DNA of 64,000 nucleotides, taken from Podospora anserina (taxonomy: Eukaryota). The DNA lies in the NCBI GenBank assembly GCA_017654855.1, contig CM030337.1, positions 3,100,001-3,164,000 of the forward strand. The letters are read 5' to 3'. A model generated the notes under the pieces. The model saw only the letters and a list, made by a program, of their open reading frames with translations. It searched no databases and was not told the DNA's origin. A program made the translations under genes and the position numbers. This document shows positions 60,171 to 64,000 of this stretch, piece after piece. Numbering within the stretch: position 1 is the first letter of the stretch; each line of letters opens with the position of its first letter.

Positions 60171-61081
60171 ATGGGTGCCACTCCAGTTTCCGTGGAACAC
60201 ACCACGTACAACCCTGACGCCGTCTACCTCTCATGGGAAGTGGACGGGAAATTCGTGAGTAGGCCCCATGCCCCTCCACCAACAGACAGGCAGGTGATCC
60301 AATGCCATGTCGCCTGTCAGTGGTCCGCCAAGGTCAGGTACTGATACGATGCACATAGTTCGGCGATGGGCGTGAAGTTGCCCTCCTCGAGTACATCTAC
60401 GCTCGGCCGGATCTTGAGAAGCTGAGAGGCAACCCCCAGAAGGTTCTGCAAGCCATCGACGATTACGGTCGGTCCGTCAGAGGTCTGATCAACATCGGGT
60501 CCATGAAAGGATCCATCGTTTGCGACATTATCGCTAGACACAGACCTGCAGTGGTACTCGAACTGGGCGGTTACATTGGATACTCGGCCATTATGTTTGG
60601 ACATGCCATGAGACAGGCTGGTGGAAAGCAGTACTACAGTGTCGAGAAGAGTCCTCTCTTTGCTGCTGTAGCCACAAGCTTGATTGACCTCGCCGGCCTC
60701 AGAGACCATGTCAGGGTTGTGGTTGGGACGGGGGCGGAAGGAACTCGGCGCTTGTACGAGGAAGGGAAGATTTCTCGTGTCGATATGGCCTTCTTCGACC
60801 ACTTCAAGCCAGCCTACACTGATGACCTCAAGCTATGTGAGCGGCTCGGTGTCGTAGGGCCGGGGACCCTGATTGTGGCGGACAACATGGTGCTACCGGG
60901 GAACCCGCGTTATCTCGAGTGGGTGCATGCAAGCGTGGAAAGGAAGCGCGAGATGGACAAGGGGGCGGCCGAAAAGGGAAACCCAAACCTGCAGTATCGC
61001 AACCAATCTATCTCCAGTTGGGAACCATCTGGGCAGGAGGACGCGATGGAGATTACGGAATGCTATGGTATCGAGGATTAG
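60171..61081 (+). CDS. Catechol O-methyltransferase (COMT-like)
   Basis: Intron 60255-60358; FGDGRE..LLEYI, LRGNPQKVLQAIDDY, VLELGGYIGYSAI, FFDHFKPAYTDDLK, IVADNM. Confidence 0.93.
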
Positions 61082-61891
61082 TGTAGTGTAGGAACCGACA
61101 CAACCGAGACAGCCGCCATGTTTGTTTGAGATTACCCCACCTGCTCATCATGGCCATTGACCTATCATGATCCGGGGGCGTTGCTGCAATGTGGTGGGCA
61201 GCGTGCGCATCATGCCATTCTTGTGCTTTTTGACAACCTGGTTACATCGGTTTCTCTCAGTCAGCCACAAAATGTCCACATTCGGGGATACCATGCTGTC
61301 CACCGCGTCCAGCCCCGCTGATCGGTTCAGAGCTCTGGCTCGTGAGGGTTGCACGGGAGGGTTCAGGCCACACCGGGCCAGCCCGTGGCCCCTATTATTC
61401 ACCGAGGGGACTGCGCCGCAGCCAATCGGAGCCAATCATCACTCAATTTCAACGACATATCCTACCTAGACATGGCTGGCTGCATCGGTGGATCAATACA
61501 ACTTCAATCATGCTCTTTGAGAGTAAATCAGCTGTGTGTGCGGTGACCAAGGCCGGCTTCGTTATGTACATCATTACTTGCTATTGGAAGGGACTTGCCG
61601 GCCGAGTCGATAGCTCAAGACAACGCCGTCATTTGATGCGCTGTTGTAGCAGGGGATAGCATTATGGGCGATGATGAGCGCTCACTCCTGAGCTGAATTG
61701 AATGATTCGGGTAAGGGCAGTGCTCAAGCAAGCCGCCATAGCATACAGCGGAAGGATACCACGCCGAAGCGGACAATTATTGGTCGTGCCCAAGTATATA
61801 ACGCTATCTGGGGATAGGTACCTGACAACCTCCAGTCCAATAACGCAGTTTCTGGACTGCAATTTCGTCCTACCTACCGCATGCGTTCACC

Positions 61892-64000
61892 ATGAAGGCA
61901 GCTTCGGTATGGACGAGCATCGTCCAAGTCTTCAACTTCTTCACCTTCCCTTCCCCCGGCGGCGACAGCGATGTTTCTTCCCAGAAGCCTCTCATCCCGC
62001 ACACGGACCCTGAGCAGCCGCAATTCGTGACAGCCAAGATTATTCCCATCACCAAGAATGAGTTTGGTGAGTATTACCATGGAGACAGGCTCATGGTTCA
62101 GGAGTACTCCAGTGGCATGGTCTACCATCCTGATGACTACAAGGATGTGCCGCTCCGCACGGGCGGCGTGGAGAGGTCGTTTATGTACAAGGAGCATCCT
62201 ATTGTAGGGACGCCAAAAAATGGTCAGGAGGGTGAGGAGGGGGGGTTGAATTGTCATTATCCGTACATGAAGAATTGGCAGCCGTGTTATGGGCCGGAGA
62301 ACAGGACTTGTTGGTTGGAGGCTACGGATGGGAGTGGGAAGAGGATTGATATTGATACGGATTATGAGAATGCTTCTCTTGTGCCGTTTGGGAAGACGAG
62401 ATATGTGAGTGCTAAATTTTCAACATGTATCGGGAAGGTGCTGACTGATGGTGATCATAGTACCACTTTGACATATCTGAGGAGCCGATATCTCCTGATG
62501 GCATGACGATGGAGCATGGGAAGGTCTTTCAGAGGAGGTATCCCGGACCGTGGATTGGTAAGTTGTGTTCCAGAGATTGGAAGACGAATGTACTAACACA
62601 TGGAACAGAGGCATGCTGGGGCGATACTATCGGTGAAAAGACACCATCACTCATTCAGAATCGACTCTAGCTAACCAGTACAGAGGTGACAATCAAGAAT
62701 AACCTCCGATGGAACGGCACCTCGGTAAGCTCTTCTCCGTTTTAAGCCCAGGGCGGCCATTAACTCCTCACTCAGGTTCACTGGCATGGCATCCGCCAGT
62801 GGGAGACATTCCAGTTTGACGGTGTCAATGGCATCACTGAATGCCCCATCGCACCAGGGGAGACCTTCACTTATCGGTTCCGGGCACTTCAGTACGGATC
62901 AGCCTGGTATCACAGGTAAGTCTCCCACCACCTGTCCTATCCTTTGAGCAACCACTAACCATCACCAGCCATTACTCCCTCCAGTACGGAGACGGTCTTC
63001 TCGGCCCCATCACAATCTACGGCCCATCAACCGCCCAGTTTGGAGCTAACGAGGCATTCCGTCCCCTGCTTCTCTCCGACTGGAATCACCGCAGCGTCTT
63101 TGAGGACTGGCCTCTGATGATGTCAACCGGTGTCGCTCCTGAAATGACAAATATCCTGATCAATGGCACTGGCCAGTTTGGTTGGGGCCCCAAGCCAGAA
63201 AAGTACACCATCTGGCTTGACGAAGGACAGGCGCACATGTTGATCTTGGTCAATACCGCTGTTGATACCACCTTTGTTTTTTCTATTGACAACCACACCT
63301 TGGAGGTCATTGAGGCGGACTTTGTTCCCATCAAGCCGTACAACACGACACACATCAAGATTGGGATCGGCAAGTTCTTTTTGAGACTCACTAATGGCTG
63401 AAGGAGACTTACTAACACAACGGTAAAGGCCAGCGCTACCATGTTCTTGTCCATGGACACGAAAATGGGTACAAGACCGAGAGATACGGCAACTACTGGA
63501 TGAGAGCCACCCCTGCTCGAAAGTGCTCCAAGTTTGCGTTCGGTCCGGACGAGCAAATGGGCATTGTTCGGTACAACAGGACTATGCCGCCCAGGGGCTG
63601 GCAAGACCCTCTCTCGGAGCCGTCTCTGTACGATACCATGTGTGCGGATGAGCCCTATGACAAGTTGGTGCCCTGGAGGCCGTGGACAGTGGGCGATCCT
63701 GTCAATATCGGTACGTATACTTCTCTTCCATACAGTTCAACCTTCGCCTGGCTGACGTGGAACTAGATCCCAAGGTTGAAGACCCGTACACGCTCCCGAA
63801 CAACTCACAGTACATCTTCAACGTCGGTATGATCAGCTCTGGCGGACCTAACAGCTCCATGCCGTACATCCCAAACGACAAAGCATACGTCAGTCTCTTT
63901 CTTTCGCTTTCAATCCTCCAATCTCTAACCACCCCCCATAGACCCGCTGGATGATGCACGAAGCCCCCTTTCGCATCAATTTTTCCGACCCGACCCTCCT
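61892..64000 (+). CDS. Laccase-like multicopper oxidase (AA1), 3' end beyond the window
   Basis: Multi-intron gene; [86 protein letters not shown]. Confidence 0.93.

Noticed and set aside
1-64000. Starship captain recombinase, Spok genes, NLR (NACHT/NB-ARC), PKS/NRPS, tRNA or rRNA genes
   Set aside because: Looked for, but no supporting motifs were seen by eye; tRNAs cannot be fully excluded without tRNAscan-SE.

Overview
Genomic DNA from a filamentous ascomycete. It has short GT-AG introns with CTRAC/CTAAY branch sites and RIP-like decay; gene style suggests Sordariales, possibly Podospora-like (inference). All family assignments come from recalled motifs, not database searches. The window has three zones. 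(1) 1-28.3 kb, mixed genes: a disrupted HeLo-domain gene, GH76, two MFS transporters, a bacterial-type CoA-disulfide reductase-rhodanese fusion, LITAF-like, BTB and F-box genes, and a secreted zinc-dependent deaminase. (2) About 20.9-37.7 kb, an overlapping accessory/decaying zone. It holds four divergent paralogs of a stand-alone RNase H-fold gene, two of which are visible only by reading across frameshifts. All four carry lesions, and the two catalytically complete copies each lost the same C-terminal segment through independent frameshifts at almost the same site. A small secreted Cys-rich protein, an AT-rich RIP-like block and an AAA-ATPase relic lie in the same zone. (3) 37.9-64 kb: an AA9 LPMO, then a 10-gene aromatic/phenolic metabolism cluster that runs off the right edge. 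Its genes are a VOC extradiol-type dioxygenase, a TfdB-like FAD monooxygenase, a CYP619-like P450, an FAH-family hydrolase, a Zn2Cys6 regulator, a phenol 2-monooxygenase, an EgtD/EasF-like methyltransferase, an MFS, a catechol O-methyltransferase and a laccase.
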